Of a stretch of DNA of 64,000 nt, positions 11,561 to 23,262 are shown piece by piece. The notes below the pieces were generated by a model, which was not told the DNA's origin, ran no database searches, and worked only from the letters and a program-made list of their open reading frames with translations. How positions within the stretch are numbered: position 1 is the first letter of the stretch; each line of letters starts with the position of its first letter. Source of the DNA: Apus apus. Its lineage: Eukaryota. Location: the NCBI RefSeq assembly GCF_020740795.1, contig NC_067310.1, forward strand, positions 493,940 through 557,939. Direction: 5' to 3'. Made by a program: the position numbers and the translations under genes.

Positions 11561-12039
11561 TTTCAATCCAGTGTTCCCAACTCCTCCACAGGGCTGCCAA
11601 TACCCACATACACCTTAGGGGCATTTTAACCTGACCTGGTTGTCCTGGTTTGAGCCAGGATGAAGGCAATTTTCCTTTTACTGGTCTTTTTTCTTCAGTG
11701 ATCACCCTTTTAACTAGCAGCAAGTTCTCCAGCCAGTGAATTGATAGTGCTGGAATGTTTATGTTACTGCTGAGATGCCAAGGTCACTTTGCTCTCCTTG
11801 TTGAATCCATGGCCTCAGATGCCAGAGGACGAAAAGAGTCACATCTGTAACCCTCCCATGGGTGGAGTGGACTAGATGGGCAGCAAAACTGACCAAAGTG
11901 TTCCATTCGATCTATCTGTGTAAGCTCAGTATAAGGTCAGAGAAGACAAGTCCCTTCCTGGGGACACCACTCGTGACTGGCCACCAACTGGACTGAACTC
12001 CATGGAATGCAGCTCTTTGGGACTGCCCATCCTACCAGC

Positions 12040-13450
12040 TCTTTATCCAGCAAAGCCTGTGCACAGCCAGGCCACGAGCAGCCAGCTTCTCCAGGAGAAT
12101 GCTGTGGGAAACCTGCTCAAAGGCTTTGCTAGAGCCGAGGCAGACAACATCCACAGCCTTTCCCTCCTCCAGTGAACAGGGCACCTATCACAGAAGGAGA
12201 TGAGCTTAGTCAAACAGGACCTGCCCTTCATGAACCCACTCTGACTGGGCCCCATCCCCTGGTTGTTCTCCATGTACTGCAGATGATCTGGTACTCAGGC
12301 ACTGTGGATGATCTGCCCCACCAGCTTCCCTGGCACTGAAGTCAGACTAACAGGCCTGGAATTTCCTGGATCACCCTTCCAGCCCTTCTTGTATGTGGGG
12401 ATAATATTGGCTGATTTCCAGCCTGCTGGTCCCTCCCCAGTCAGCCAGCACTGCTGGTAAATGATAGAAAGTGGCTTGGTGAGCACCCCTGCCAGCTCTT
12501 TCAGCACTCTTGGCTGCATCCCATCTGGCCCCATACATTTGTGCACATCTACACGAGTGAGCAGGTCACTGACCATCTCCTCCTGGATTTGGGGGGATTG
12601 CTCTGCTCCTGGTCCCTGTCCCCTGGCTTAGGGAGGCATTCCCTCAACATGATTGGTCCTGATACTAAACACTGAGGCAAAAAAAAGTCATTTAGCACCT
12701 CAGCCTTTTCCTCCTCATTGATTATGATGTTTCCTCTTGCATCTCATAGGGGATGGAGGGTCTCCCTGTTCTTTCTTTTGCCATTAATATATTCATAGAA
12801 CCTTTCCTTGTTATCCTTTACCATAGAGGCCAGATGAACTTCTAGCTGGGCCTTGGACCTTCTAATTCCCTCCCTGCAGATCCTCACAGCATTTTTGTAG
12901 TCACCATCAGTGCCCTGCCCCTTCCTCCAAAGGCCACAGATTCTCTTTTTCTCCCTGAGCTCCAGCCAAAGCTCCCCGTTCAGCCAGGCTTGTCTCCTCT
13001 GCTGCAGGCTTGCCTTGGAGCACATGGGGATGAGCTGCTCCTGTGCCTTCAAGACTTCCTCCTTGAAGAGCATCCAGATTTCCTGGACTCCTAAACCCTT
13101 CAGAACAGATTCCCAAGGGACTCTGGCAATCAGGGTGTTGAACAAGGTAAAGTTTGCCCTTTGGAAATCAAGGGTGGCAGTTTTGCTGCCCCCCCCTCCT
13201 GGCATCTCTAAGAAGAGAGAACTTCAAACCTTTGTGGTCACTATGCCCAAGGTGGCCTCCAACTCTCACATCTCCTACCAGCCTTTTCCTGCTCACAAAG
13301 AGCAGGTCTAGCAGGGCACCTTGCCTGGTTGGTTCACTCACCAGCTGTGTCTGGAAGTTCTGTTCGACACATTCCAGGAACCTGCGGGACTGTTCCCTCT
13401 CTGCTGTGTTGTAGTTCCAGCAGACATCAGGGAAGTTGAAGTCCCCCACG
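12040..13450 (-). mobile_element. CR1 LINE internal fragment covering the endonuclease C-terminus to mid-RT. Truncated at both ends.
   Basis: ORFs contain GDFNFPDVCW...SDHKGLKF (endonuclease), PGNSRPVSLTSVPGKLV and GFMKGRSCLTKLISFCD (RT). Confidence 0.85.
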
Positions 13451-13462
13451 AGAATGTTATAG

Positions 13463-13680
13463 GTGAATCATGAAATCAATTTGCTGATCAAATGTGAATG
13501 TATATGGTTGAATGTTAAAATGCAATGTTTATTAAAATGCTGGAAGTTAAGTTTGTTATATGTTGGAAATTATGTTAAATGCTGGTTGTTAAATGTTAGA
13601 AGTTATGTTCATGAATGTTATGGTTATGTGAGGGTTAATGTTGGAAGCTATACCCTGTCATGTATCAAACCTTAAGTTAT
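13463..13680. repeat. AT-rich tandem repeat with a unit of about 20 bp (aatgttagaagttatgtt-like).
   Basis: Visible periodic atgtt / aaatg / ctgg units. Confidence 0.6.
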
Positions 13681-13734
13681 ATGACATTTTGAGTGACTGC
13701 GCATGTCCTGAAGAACGGCAATCACCAGGCAGAA

Positions 13735-13850
13735 GATGGAATTTTCCAAGAAGGGGCAGAGCTTTGCAACGGCGGGAAAAAGGATGCAGAGTATGGAATT
13801 TTCCAAGGAGAGGCGGAGCCTTGCACCGGCGGGAAAAAGAACTCTATAAG
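13735..13850 (+). repeat. Direct repeat of about 57 bp, two copies.
   Basis: ggaattttccaag(a/g)aggggc(a/g)gagc(t/c)ttgca(a/c)cggcgggaaaaag occurs twice back to back. Confidence 0.8.
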
Positions 13851-15029
13851 AAAGGACCCCGCGAGGACCCGGGCGCGCGTCTTGGTGGAGCGGTGACTCC
13901 TGACGTGCCCAGCGCTGTTTGCTCACTTACCTCAAATAAATAAATTAATTCTAAAATTTTTCTGGCTGTTTATTAGCCTATTACACTGGGCATGGTGAGT
14001 GGCTCTTTTCATGCCCCTCTGTGCAGGGGGGGAGGAACCAGTCCTGGAGCTGCTGGCTTGGACAGGAGACCCAGACTCCTGCAGCTTTGCAGGGAGAGAG
14101 GAACAGGTTTGTCAAGGCCCCTGAGAAAGTGCCTTCAGCCTTTCCTCTGCCTGCAGGAAGCACTGCCCTCAGCTCTGTGCTCTCCCCAGGGCTGATCTGG
14201 TCTCCTCTTCAGGAGTGGCCAGCACAGAGCTGCCCCTGGGCAGGGTCCTGCTGCCAGGAGGGCTCTGCAGGGCAGAGCTGAGCACAGGCTGGGTGGGATG
14301 GGGCTGTGAGCAGGGCCAGGGAGGAGAGGTGGGGACAGCTTCCAGCAGGAGCAGCTGCAGTCAGGTCCCTTCCCCGCAGCAAGCCCTTGGTCTCCTCTGC
14401 TCCACAGCAGAGCTCCTGGCTCCTGTTGTCATTTCAGTCTAGTTCTAGACACTCACAATAATTCCTAAAACACAGGGCCACCCCACCACCTTGTCTCCTT
14501 CCTTGTCTGTCTCTCCTGAAGAGCTGGCAGCCCTCAGCAGTGGCACTACAGCCCTGTGAGGGATCCCACCACGTTTCTGTGGAGCCACTGGGGCACAGTT
14601 TCCCTGCTGCATCAAGGCTTCCAGCTCTCCTTGTTTGTTGCCCAGGCTGCGTGGGTTGGTACAGATGCACTTCAGGTGGGTTCATGATCTTGACACCTTT
14701 TTGTGGGCACAGGCCCTAATTCCTGCCTGACCCTTCTCAGGTGTTTCCATGGCTGCTGGACCATCCATAACCCTTGCCTTTTGGCTTCCCATTCTATCTC
14801 TATCCCCCATCTCAACTCAGGTGGCAGGGCAAGAGTCTTGTCTCATTCCTACAAACCCCAGCACGCATCCCCTGGGCTCATTGAGAGGCTCAGTTTTATC
14901 CCCTTCCCCCTTCAAATCTCGTGTGAAGCTCTGTCCATGAGCCCTGCTAACTCCTGCCTGGGATCCTGTTCGCCCTCTGGGACAGCTGCATGCCATTTGT
15001 TGCCAGGCCTGGTGTCTTGTAGAGTAACC

Positions 15030-15600
15030 CATGATCAAAGAACCCAAAGCCCTGCCAATGACACCAGTGCATGGTGTGCCCAGCAGGACCAGGGAGGGGA
15101 TCCTGCCCCTCAACTTGACCTTGGTGAGGCTGCACCTCGAGCACTGGGGGCAGTTCTGGGCACCTCAGGATAGGAAGGACATGGAGGTGCTGGAGAGGGT
15201 GCAGAGAAGGGCAACGAGACTGATGAGGGGTCTGGAGAACAGGTCTTGTGAGGAAAGGCTGAGGGAGCTGGGGCTGTTCAGCCTGGAGAAGAGGTTGTAG
15301 TGCAGGGGCTGTTGGCCTCTTTTCCCTAGGGACTAGTGACAGGACAAGAGGAAATGGGATCAAGATGAGCCAGAAGAGGTTCACATGTGATATTAGGAAA
15401 CATTTATTCACAGAAGGAGTGGTGAGGCCTTGGAACAGGCTGCCCAGGGTGGTGGTGGAGGCACCATCCCTGGAGATGTTGAAAAAATGAGTGCAGGTGG
15501 TGTTACAGGAGATGGTTTAGTGATTAGGGTTTGTAGAGCTCATGGTTGGACTTGATGATCCTGAAGGTCTTTTTGAACTTTGATGATTCTCTGATTCTAT
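15030..15600 (+). mobile_element. CR1 LINE 3' part covering the RT C-terminus.
   Basis: The 15031-15300 ORF contains [53 protein letters not shown]. Confidence 0.85.
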
Positions 15601-15851
15601 AACATGGCAGTGCTGATGACCAGGGAGACCACGGCCAGGTGAGGGAGGCAAGTGGAAAAGGCTTTGTGCCTTCCCTGCTGAGAGGGGATGCTCAGCACGG
15701 CCCTGAAGATCTGCACATAGGACACCACCATGAAGACAAAGCATGAACAACTAAAAGAGGCACAGAATATGAGAAATCCAACTTCCCTGAGGTAGTCTGA
15801 GTGTGAGCAGGAGAGCTTGAGAATCTGGACGATGCCACACAAGAAGCTCAC
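15600..15851 (-). pseudogene. Olfactory receptor fragment covering TM5-TM6 only.
   Basis: Contains ILKLSCSHSDYLREVGFLIF...MVVSYVQIFRAVLSIPSQQGRHKAFSTCLPHLAVVSL. It is abutted by CR1 at 15600 and lacks both the N- and C-terminus. Confidence 0.85.
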
Positions 15852-16469
15852 AGCTCCTATCTATAGAAGGACTCTTCTCTCAGTCTTCCTGCTCTAGTGA
15901 GCTGTAGCAGACCTCCACTGAGACGCCTCCTGCCCCTGCCTTCCCTTTAACCCTGACCCATAAGCTCTGGGTCAGCTCCTCCTCCATCCCTAGGCAGAGC
16001 CCCATGGACTCCAACTGGTTACTGATGACACCCTCACCTCTCCTCCCCTGCCTGTCCTTCCTGAAGTTCTACCCATCCATTCCCGCGCTATAGTCCTAGG
16101 AGTCATCCCACCAGGAATCCCTTCTCAACCATCCCTGATGAATGTCCAGCAGCACCAGAAGGGTCTTAGCCCCAGCTGCCCAGCCTTGGCCTTGGCTGGT
16201 GAGCAGCCCCTGGTCCTGGCTGTAGAAGCCCTGCAGCAACCTGGCAGTGCCTGGGCCCCTGTCTATCAGCTGAGACCTTGAGCACTCCATGAGGAGGTCA
16301 TCTGCTCTCTCCTCTGTGTTTTTACACCACCTGCACCTGACTCTTCATCTTCTATGTTTGAGAGAACCAAGAAATAAACCTCAGAGAATCAAGCCTGGCA
16401 GATCTGAGAGAAGTGCTGGCAGGTGCAGCCACTTTTTGAGACCAAAGACATAATAGCCAGGAAAGAACT

Positions 16470-16855
16470 CATTATTCTCACAGGCTGAGAGAGTTGGGGT
16501 TGTTCATCCTGGAGAAGAGAAGGCTCATAGCACCTTCCCATGCCCGAAGGGGGCCTACAGGAAAGCTGGGGAGGGACTTTTGACAGGGCTTTGTAGTAAA
16601 AGGGCAAGAGGTAATGGATCCAAACTGGAAGAGGGGAGATGGAGGCGACACATCAGGAGGAAATTCTTCCCTGTGAGCCTGGTGAGACCCTGGCCCAGGT
16701 TGCCCAGGGAAGCTGTGGCTGCCCCATCCCTGGCAGTGTTGAAGGGCAGGTTGGATGGGGCTTGGAGCAGCCTGGAATGGTGGGAGGTGTCCCTGTGCAT
16801 GCAGAAGGTTGGATCTAGATGATCTTAAAGGTCCCTTCCAGCTGCTGTTGTTCCT
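16470..16855 (+). mobile_element. CR1 LINE 3' fragment.
   Basis: Encodes ...LGLFILEKRRL..., then RRKFFPVSLVRPWPRLPREAVAAPSLAVLKGRLDGAWSSLEW, and ends with a ggtcccttccagc terminus. Confidence 0.85.
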
Positions 16856-17838
16856 CATCATGAAGAAGAGGCACATCCCATTGTTGCTCTTGGTAGTGAT
16901 GGCAGCACCAGCTCTAACAGCTCTCTGAGAACTTTTTAATCTTTCCTCTGCTCCACAGCTCATGCTGCTCAGGCCCTGTGTGAGTCACCCTGAGCCTCTC
17001 CAACCATCATTCCTCCCAGCACCTTCCACAGATGGAAGCAGATCTCAGTGTCAATGTGTCCATGCAGGAAAGTTTCTGCAATCCAAGTGTGGAATGAGGA
17101 GAAATCCCTACCGACAGGGAAGGAGAGAAAGTGTCATCACATTTCCCACCCATGCCCAGGAACTCTGAACAACAAAATCCTGAGCATTTCTAGAAAACTA
17201 TACAAAAGCCTTGTTAAGCTCCTTGGTAAATAAGGAGAGAAACTGCACTGTGCATTTACTGGACAAGGATTTTTGCTCTTTAAAGGCATTTTTAATTTAA
17301 TTTTTGTTCCCAAAGAAGAGGTGACAGCAGCATTTCCCAGCTCAGATGGATCCAGATGGTCAGCAAAGGAGGTCTGGGCAGGTAGGAAAAGCAGTCTCCT
17401 TCATGGCCTACACTGCATGGACAACATTTCTCCTCTCCTCCCCAACCCCACCATGTCCCTTATCGCCCTCCTGGGACTTGCATAACTTCTCCTGACATCA
17501 GACTTCTCCACTGAACTGTGCAGCTGGATAGGACAGCTCCTTCACACCAGCTCCCACCTGCTTTCCTCCCAGTACTGCCTGCTCACAGACACAGGAGGAT
17601 TTCTCTCCATTGCCCACAAACACAGTCCTACCCATTATTTCATTCAGGAACCCTTGAACAACACACCTCAACTGAACGCTGAGTGTGAGCCAGACCTGCT
17701 GAGGTTGGTCTGGCACAGGACCATCCTCCAGGAGCTCTTTGAGACAGAGAGGTGGGGAAGGAGAGATAGAAACACAATGGCAGAGTTGGCTACAGAGACA
17801 CTGAGACAGACTACGGGGAGAAGAGAGATTTTAACTGT

Positions 17839-18708
17839 CTAAAGCTCAGAGTTGCAGCTCCTGAGCATCTTCAGCTTCTTCAGACAGTCTTGGAGCTCCT
17901 GGTTCCTCATGCCGTAGATGAGGGGGTTCACTGCTGGAGGCACCACTGAGTACAGAACTGGCACCACCAGGTCCAGGGATGGGGAGGAGATGGAGGGGGG
18001 CTTCAGGTAGGCAAACATGGCAGTGCTGATGACCAGAGAGACCACGGCCAGGTGAGGGAGGCAGATGGAAAAGGCTTTGTGCCTTCCCTGCTGAGAGGGG
18101 ATCCTCAGCACAGCCCTGAAGATCTGCACATAGGACACCACCATGAAGACAAAGAAGCCAAATCCTAAAAAGGCACCAAACACAAGGATCCCAACTTCCC
18201 TGAGGTAGGAGTGTGAGCAGGAGAGTTTGAGGATCTGGGGGATTTCACAGAAGAACTGTCCCAGGGCATTGCCCTGGCAGAGGGGCAGTGAAAATGTACT
18301 GGCTGTGTGCAGCAGAGCAGTGAGAAACCCAGAGGCCCAGGCAGCTGCTGCCATGTGGACACAAGCTCTGCTGCCCAGGAGGGTCCCGTAGTGCAGGGGT
18401 CTGCAGAACAAGACCTGTGCACCACATGCTGAGTAGGAGATGGCCCTGGTGTCCCAGAGGGAATTGGCCATGGCTTTGGGGAGGGTGGTGGAGATGCAGC
18501 CCAGGTCGAGGAGGGAGAGGTTGAGCAGGAAGAAGTACATGGGGGTGTGGAGGTGGTGGTCCCAGGCGATGGTGGTGATGATGAGGCCGTTGCCCAGGAG
18601 GGCAGCCAGGTAGATGCCCAGGAAGAGCCATAAGTGCAGGAGCTGCAGCTCCCGCCTGTCTGCGAATGCCAGGAGGAGGAACTGGCTGATGGAGCTGCTG
18701 TTGGACAT
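17839..18708 (-). pseudogene. OR14-like olfactory receptor with an in-frame deletion of about 28 aa that removes TM3 and the DRY motif.
   Basis: Otherwise nearly identical to OR1 and OR3. The protein reads YSACGAQVLF|CRPLHYGT, and FFLVFLGAEWSLLTIMCYDRYVAI is missing. In DNA this is an 84-bp gap at about 18415 compared with 7110-7210. Confidence 0.8.
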
Positions 18709-20639
18709 CCCAGCCCTTTCCTTATGAGGTGCTGCCAGAGGAGGAAAGCACATTCACAAGTCAGGACAGCCCTGAGGAAATCTCTTCCCATTCCCTCCCT
18801 TCACACCCCACCCTCTGAAAACAGACATTGTCTCCTTCTTACAGAACCTTCTTGGATCTCCCTGGCTGGAGCTCTGGACATGTGGGTCAAGTGTGCTGTG
18901 AGGAGCTGAGCTCCCAAGGAGCTCTCCCTGCTCCACAGCAGGGGGGAGCTGGGAAAAGTATGTCAGCTTCAAAAATACCCTCTTTTCCTCATCTGTGATC
19001 CACATGTGCATATTCCTGTAGGAGAACCTCCACGAAACTCCTACAGCTGTGGTGCCACCAGCAGAGCTGGCTGGTCCCAAGCCCTCCAGCCCAGCATGTC
19101 CAGAGAACCTCAGCTGGGCTGGGCCCAGCGGTTTTGCTGCCCTGGCCACAGCTGCCTGAGAGCTCCTGCAGAATCGGTGTCTGAGCTGCACCTTAGACAC
19201 CCTTGTCCTTAGGGAGCCTGAGGGGAAGGGCAAGGACAGCACAGGCAGCAGGGCCAGATGGAGAAATGCCCCGATGCTCCCAGTGAGGGAGGACAGGCAC
19301 CCTGAGGTGGCACTTGGACACTTCTCCTCCGCAGGGATCAAGCTGCTGAGCAGGTGACTCAGGCTGAGATCCCAGTGCCTTGGAGCCAGGAGCTCTGCTG
19401 TGGAGCAGAGGAGACCAAGGGCTTGCTGCGGGGAAGGGACCTGACTGCAGCTGCTCCTGCTGGAAGCTGTCCCCACCTCTCCTCCCTGGCCCTGCTCACA
19501 GCCCCATCCCACCCAGCCTGTGCTCAGCTCTGCCCTGCAGAGCCCTCCTGGCAGCAGGACCCTGCCCAGGGGCAGCTCTGTGCTGGCCACTCCTAAAGAG
19601 GAGACCAGATCAGCCCTGGGGAGAGCACAGAGCTGAGGGCAGTGCTTCCTGCAGGCAGAGGAAAGGCTGAAGGGACTTTCTCAGGGGCCTTGACAAACCT
19701 GTTCCTCTCTCCCTGCAAAGCTGCATGAGTCTGGGTCTCCTGTCCAAGCCAGCAGCTCCAGGACTGGTTCCTCCCCCCCTGCACAGAGGGGCATGCAAAG
19801 AGACACTCACCATGCCCAGGGCTGTGAAGATGTCTCCTTCAGTAGCTCTCAGCCGTCCTGCCCCTCCTGCCTGCCTTTATCCTCTCTCCCTGCCTGGCTC
19901 CTCTCCCCTGCTGCCTGCAGGCAGTGCCCTCAGCCCCTGCTGGGGCTCCTCTCCACAAGGCAGGCTCAGCTGCACACTCCAAACTTTCTGCAGCATTAAT
20001 GGGTCCCAGGGAGGACCATTACCAGGAAAGGCTGCACAGGGGCTGGTTAGAGCAGGAACCTGGAAGCACTCATGGCAGGCAGATAAAGGCCATGGCAAGG
20101 TGGCTCTGATGAGGCGTGAAGCTGAAGAAACCTCTCCAGAAGTCAGAGTCAGGTGCAAACTCCAGAGTTTCTTGCAGTCTGAAGGGGTCCCACTGAGGGA
20201 CATCCCTGACAAAGCTGCCTGGGCTCTGGTGAGAGCAGGAACCTGGAGGCCCTGCTGACAGGCAGGCAAAGGCAAGGACAAGATGGCTCTGAGGTGGAGT
20301 CAGCCTGGCTGGGTGAGATGATTCCAAGGTCTAAGCCCTGACCCAAAGGCCGTGGGAGAAGAGATCCTGCCCCTCACACGTTGCTCAGGGCTCTGCCCGG
20401 GCTCTGGGATGTGGGGATGTGCAGTGCCTGGAGCAGGACTAGGATACACTCTTTCTCAGGCTCACAGGCTGTGATGAGGAGCCCATGGAGTCCTTCTGCT
20501 CTCATGAGAAGGTGTCTCCTCGTAGGCAGCAGCTGCAGAGAGAAGCTCCACAGCCCAGGAGATCAAGACCTGGGCTGTCCCCACCACAGGATGTCCTACA
20601 GTGTCTGACTCCTGCAGCTCTTTCCCTGCAGGCTGTGGA

Positions 20640-20790
20640 CATCACCCTGCTTCCCAAACTGGCCACCCATTGTGATGTCATGGCCATACATCCCATTTAA
20701 GGCTCTACTGCCCCATGGTGATGTCATGGCCATACATCCCATTTAAGGCTCTACTGCCCCATTGTGATGTCATGGCCATACATGCCATAC
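20640..20790. repeat. Tandem repeat of about 45 bp, roughly 3 copies.
   Basis: ggctctactgccccat(t/g)gtgatgtcatggccatacatcccatttaa repeated. Other arrays of it are at 27110-27260, 40620-40830 and 47680-47800. Confidence 0.85.
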
Positions 20791-23205
20791 AAGGCCATAT
20801 AAAGACCTGAGGCCTGAACCAAAGAGGACCTCTAGAGGAATCTCACAACCCAGCTCTCTCTCTCTCTATATATATATTTTGATGACAATCTCTAAACACC
20901 TGGTGCAACACTTACTGTGTAGCTGTAACCAGCAGACAGATCTCTCTTTATTTAGAGGCACGCTGCAAGGACATGAAACCAGACATCTGGCCCTGAGGAG
21001 ACAGATGTAGATCAAGCCAAAATAGAGAGAAATACCACCCACCCACCCCCCTTTGGCCCAGCCAGTCACTAGACTGGTTTTGAAATGAGTCCCATTGTTT
21101 GACTCAAGTCTTCCTGGAAGGACCATCTCCTTCATTCCTTCTATTTAGCAGCCCTTGTACATGTCTCAGGAGAATAGCAGTGGGTTTATTGTCTCACGTT
21201 CTCATGTCCTCTTTGTAAGATCATACTAGAGAGACCACAGGTGGCATCCAAGTGGGTCCTGCCTCTCTTGCTGCTGTCTCCTAGCACGACGTGTCCCCTT
21301 CATGGCTGCAGCACCAGCCTTCCCATCTGTCAGGCATCTTATTCCTTCCCTTAGTCATTTCTTCCATGGCTGAGGTGTGGAACTGATGGGGATCAGAGAT
21401 CATGTCTCCATACTGTCGTGCTTTGAAAGCCACTTCACTCACAGTTGGTCTTTTGTAGTCACCAAATCATCCCCTGAAGGAGAACATCTGGGCACGTGCT
21501 GCTGGCACAGCCTGCACAGACCTCTGGAGCATTTGTGTGTGGCACAGAACGTCACCAGGATCTGTAACCCTTTGTTATCATAGATCACCTCTGGCACAGC
21601 CAGTTCTCTCAAACACGTGATGTCTCTCTCAAGAGTGGCTGTTCTGCTTCGGCGCCAGTCGATGTCACCCTTGTGGGGGTATCTCTGCCTCACAGCTGAA
21701 AGAAGTTGGCTCCACAGGCTGGTCGTTCCTGCCTTACTGCCAGCATCTCTGGCCAAGGGTCCCAACTGCCTGCCTTCTCTTTCGTCCATGTCAGAGATTT
21801 CAGCCCCACTATCAAAGCAGCAGAGCAACCAAGGCAGAAGTGGCTCCTCTTCATGGAGGGTCAAGTCCTTTCTCATGAGGTGCAGTTCCTTTAGAGAGAA
21901 AGGTTGGACAAGGTCATTGTTGTCATCTGCTTGAGAAGGGCCTGCTTGTCCATCTGCTTGAGAAGAATCTTCTCCATCACTCTCTTCCTGGTCCTGTGGA
22001 AGCTGTGGAGATTTCAGACAGGGATAAGGTCTGGGACCAGTTGTCTTTGCCTTTCCCTTGATGACAGGATGAACCTTTACTCACTGGATGAAGTGCAAGT
22101 GGCCTTGGTCTTTGCAGCAGCAGCAGCGGTGGCAGCAGCCTTGCCTGTGGGGGAGTGGCAGTGAGTGGAACAACATCTTGTTCTACCATCCACAGAACAT
22201 TCTAAACGTTCAGCAGAAGAATCCCTACTGAAACCTGCCATTCAGATCCAGAGCTGGGAGCTGGGAGAGGTAAAGCTGACCCTGCCATTACCAACATGGA
22301 CCTTTCTGTTCACATCAAAGCCCTTACTACACACTGCCACCCTATAGATCAGTATCAAAACCCCTGTGAGCACTAAATATCATCTCACAGGAGAGATTAT
22401 GGCTTTGGCTACAATCTTATAAATAAAAAACAATCATATACATAAACCAATCTTATATACATAAAAGAATCAGCAGGGCAGCTCCACAGAGTAGGATGAT
22501 CCCAGCTGCACATCACATGTACAACTGCATCTTGGGAAAAAGCTGCAGCAGAAACTTTGCCGGAAGTGTCTGTTCCGTTTTCAACCCATCAGTAGATTCA
22601 GCAGAAGTGCAGCCCGTTGCTACCTGAGGGATTCCTGCCATCAGAGCTGGAATTTTCAATATTCAGCAATTACTTTTGAGCCTGGGATACAGATTCAGCC
22701 CCACGTTTGGCACCAATAATTGCTGTCACGGTTTGACTCAGGATGGGAATGGAAATGGCCTTTGTCTAGACAGTCTGCACCTGGAAGGACAGCTTTAGAA
22801 AGGCCCCTTGTCTCATGACCACCAGGCAAAAATTTGTGTTGAGGCTCTGGACTTGGTTTCTTCCTTGTCCCTTCTTGAGGTAGCCAGGAGGTGTTGCAGA
22901 GTTTTCCTACAGTTGGTGTTGCTCATCCTCCCACCCACCCCCAAGAAGAGTCCTGACCCACAAGTGAGGGGTAGGATCTGCCTTCCTATTGCCTGGGGCT
23001 CAGAGTTTGGCCTCACTGCTTCATAGAATAAAGACATACTAAGAATTCTTAGCTTCAGAGCCACCTGCACAGGGACTTTGCCTCCCTGCAATCATAGCCT
23101 CCAATTACTTGCTCTAACGAGTCCCTGGGGAGGCTTTGTCAGCAATAGCCCTCAGTGGGGCCAATCACTGCTTCAAGGTATTTTCAGTTTTGCTTCTGGC
23201 TTCTT

Positions 23206-23262
23206 GAAACCATTCATTCATTCATTCATTCACTCATTCATTCATTCAGTCATTCATCCATC
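23206..23262. repeat. (CATT)n microsatellite.
   Basis: Reads cattcattcattcattcattcactcattcattcattcagtcattcatcc. Confidence 0.95.

Larger units (their letters stand above)
17839..22190. repeat. Segmental duplication block B. It is the inverted copy of B' at 40236-43630. B also carries about 1.1 kb that is absent from B'.
   Basis: Mirrored ORFs include 18754-19590(-) with 41834-42670(+), 19725-20258(+) with 41176-41613(-), 20381-20608(+) with 40813-41136(-), and 21904-22164(+) with 40261-40521(-). Confidence 0.9.
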
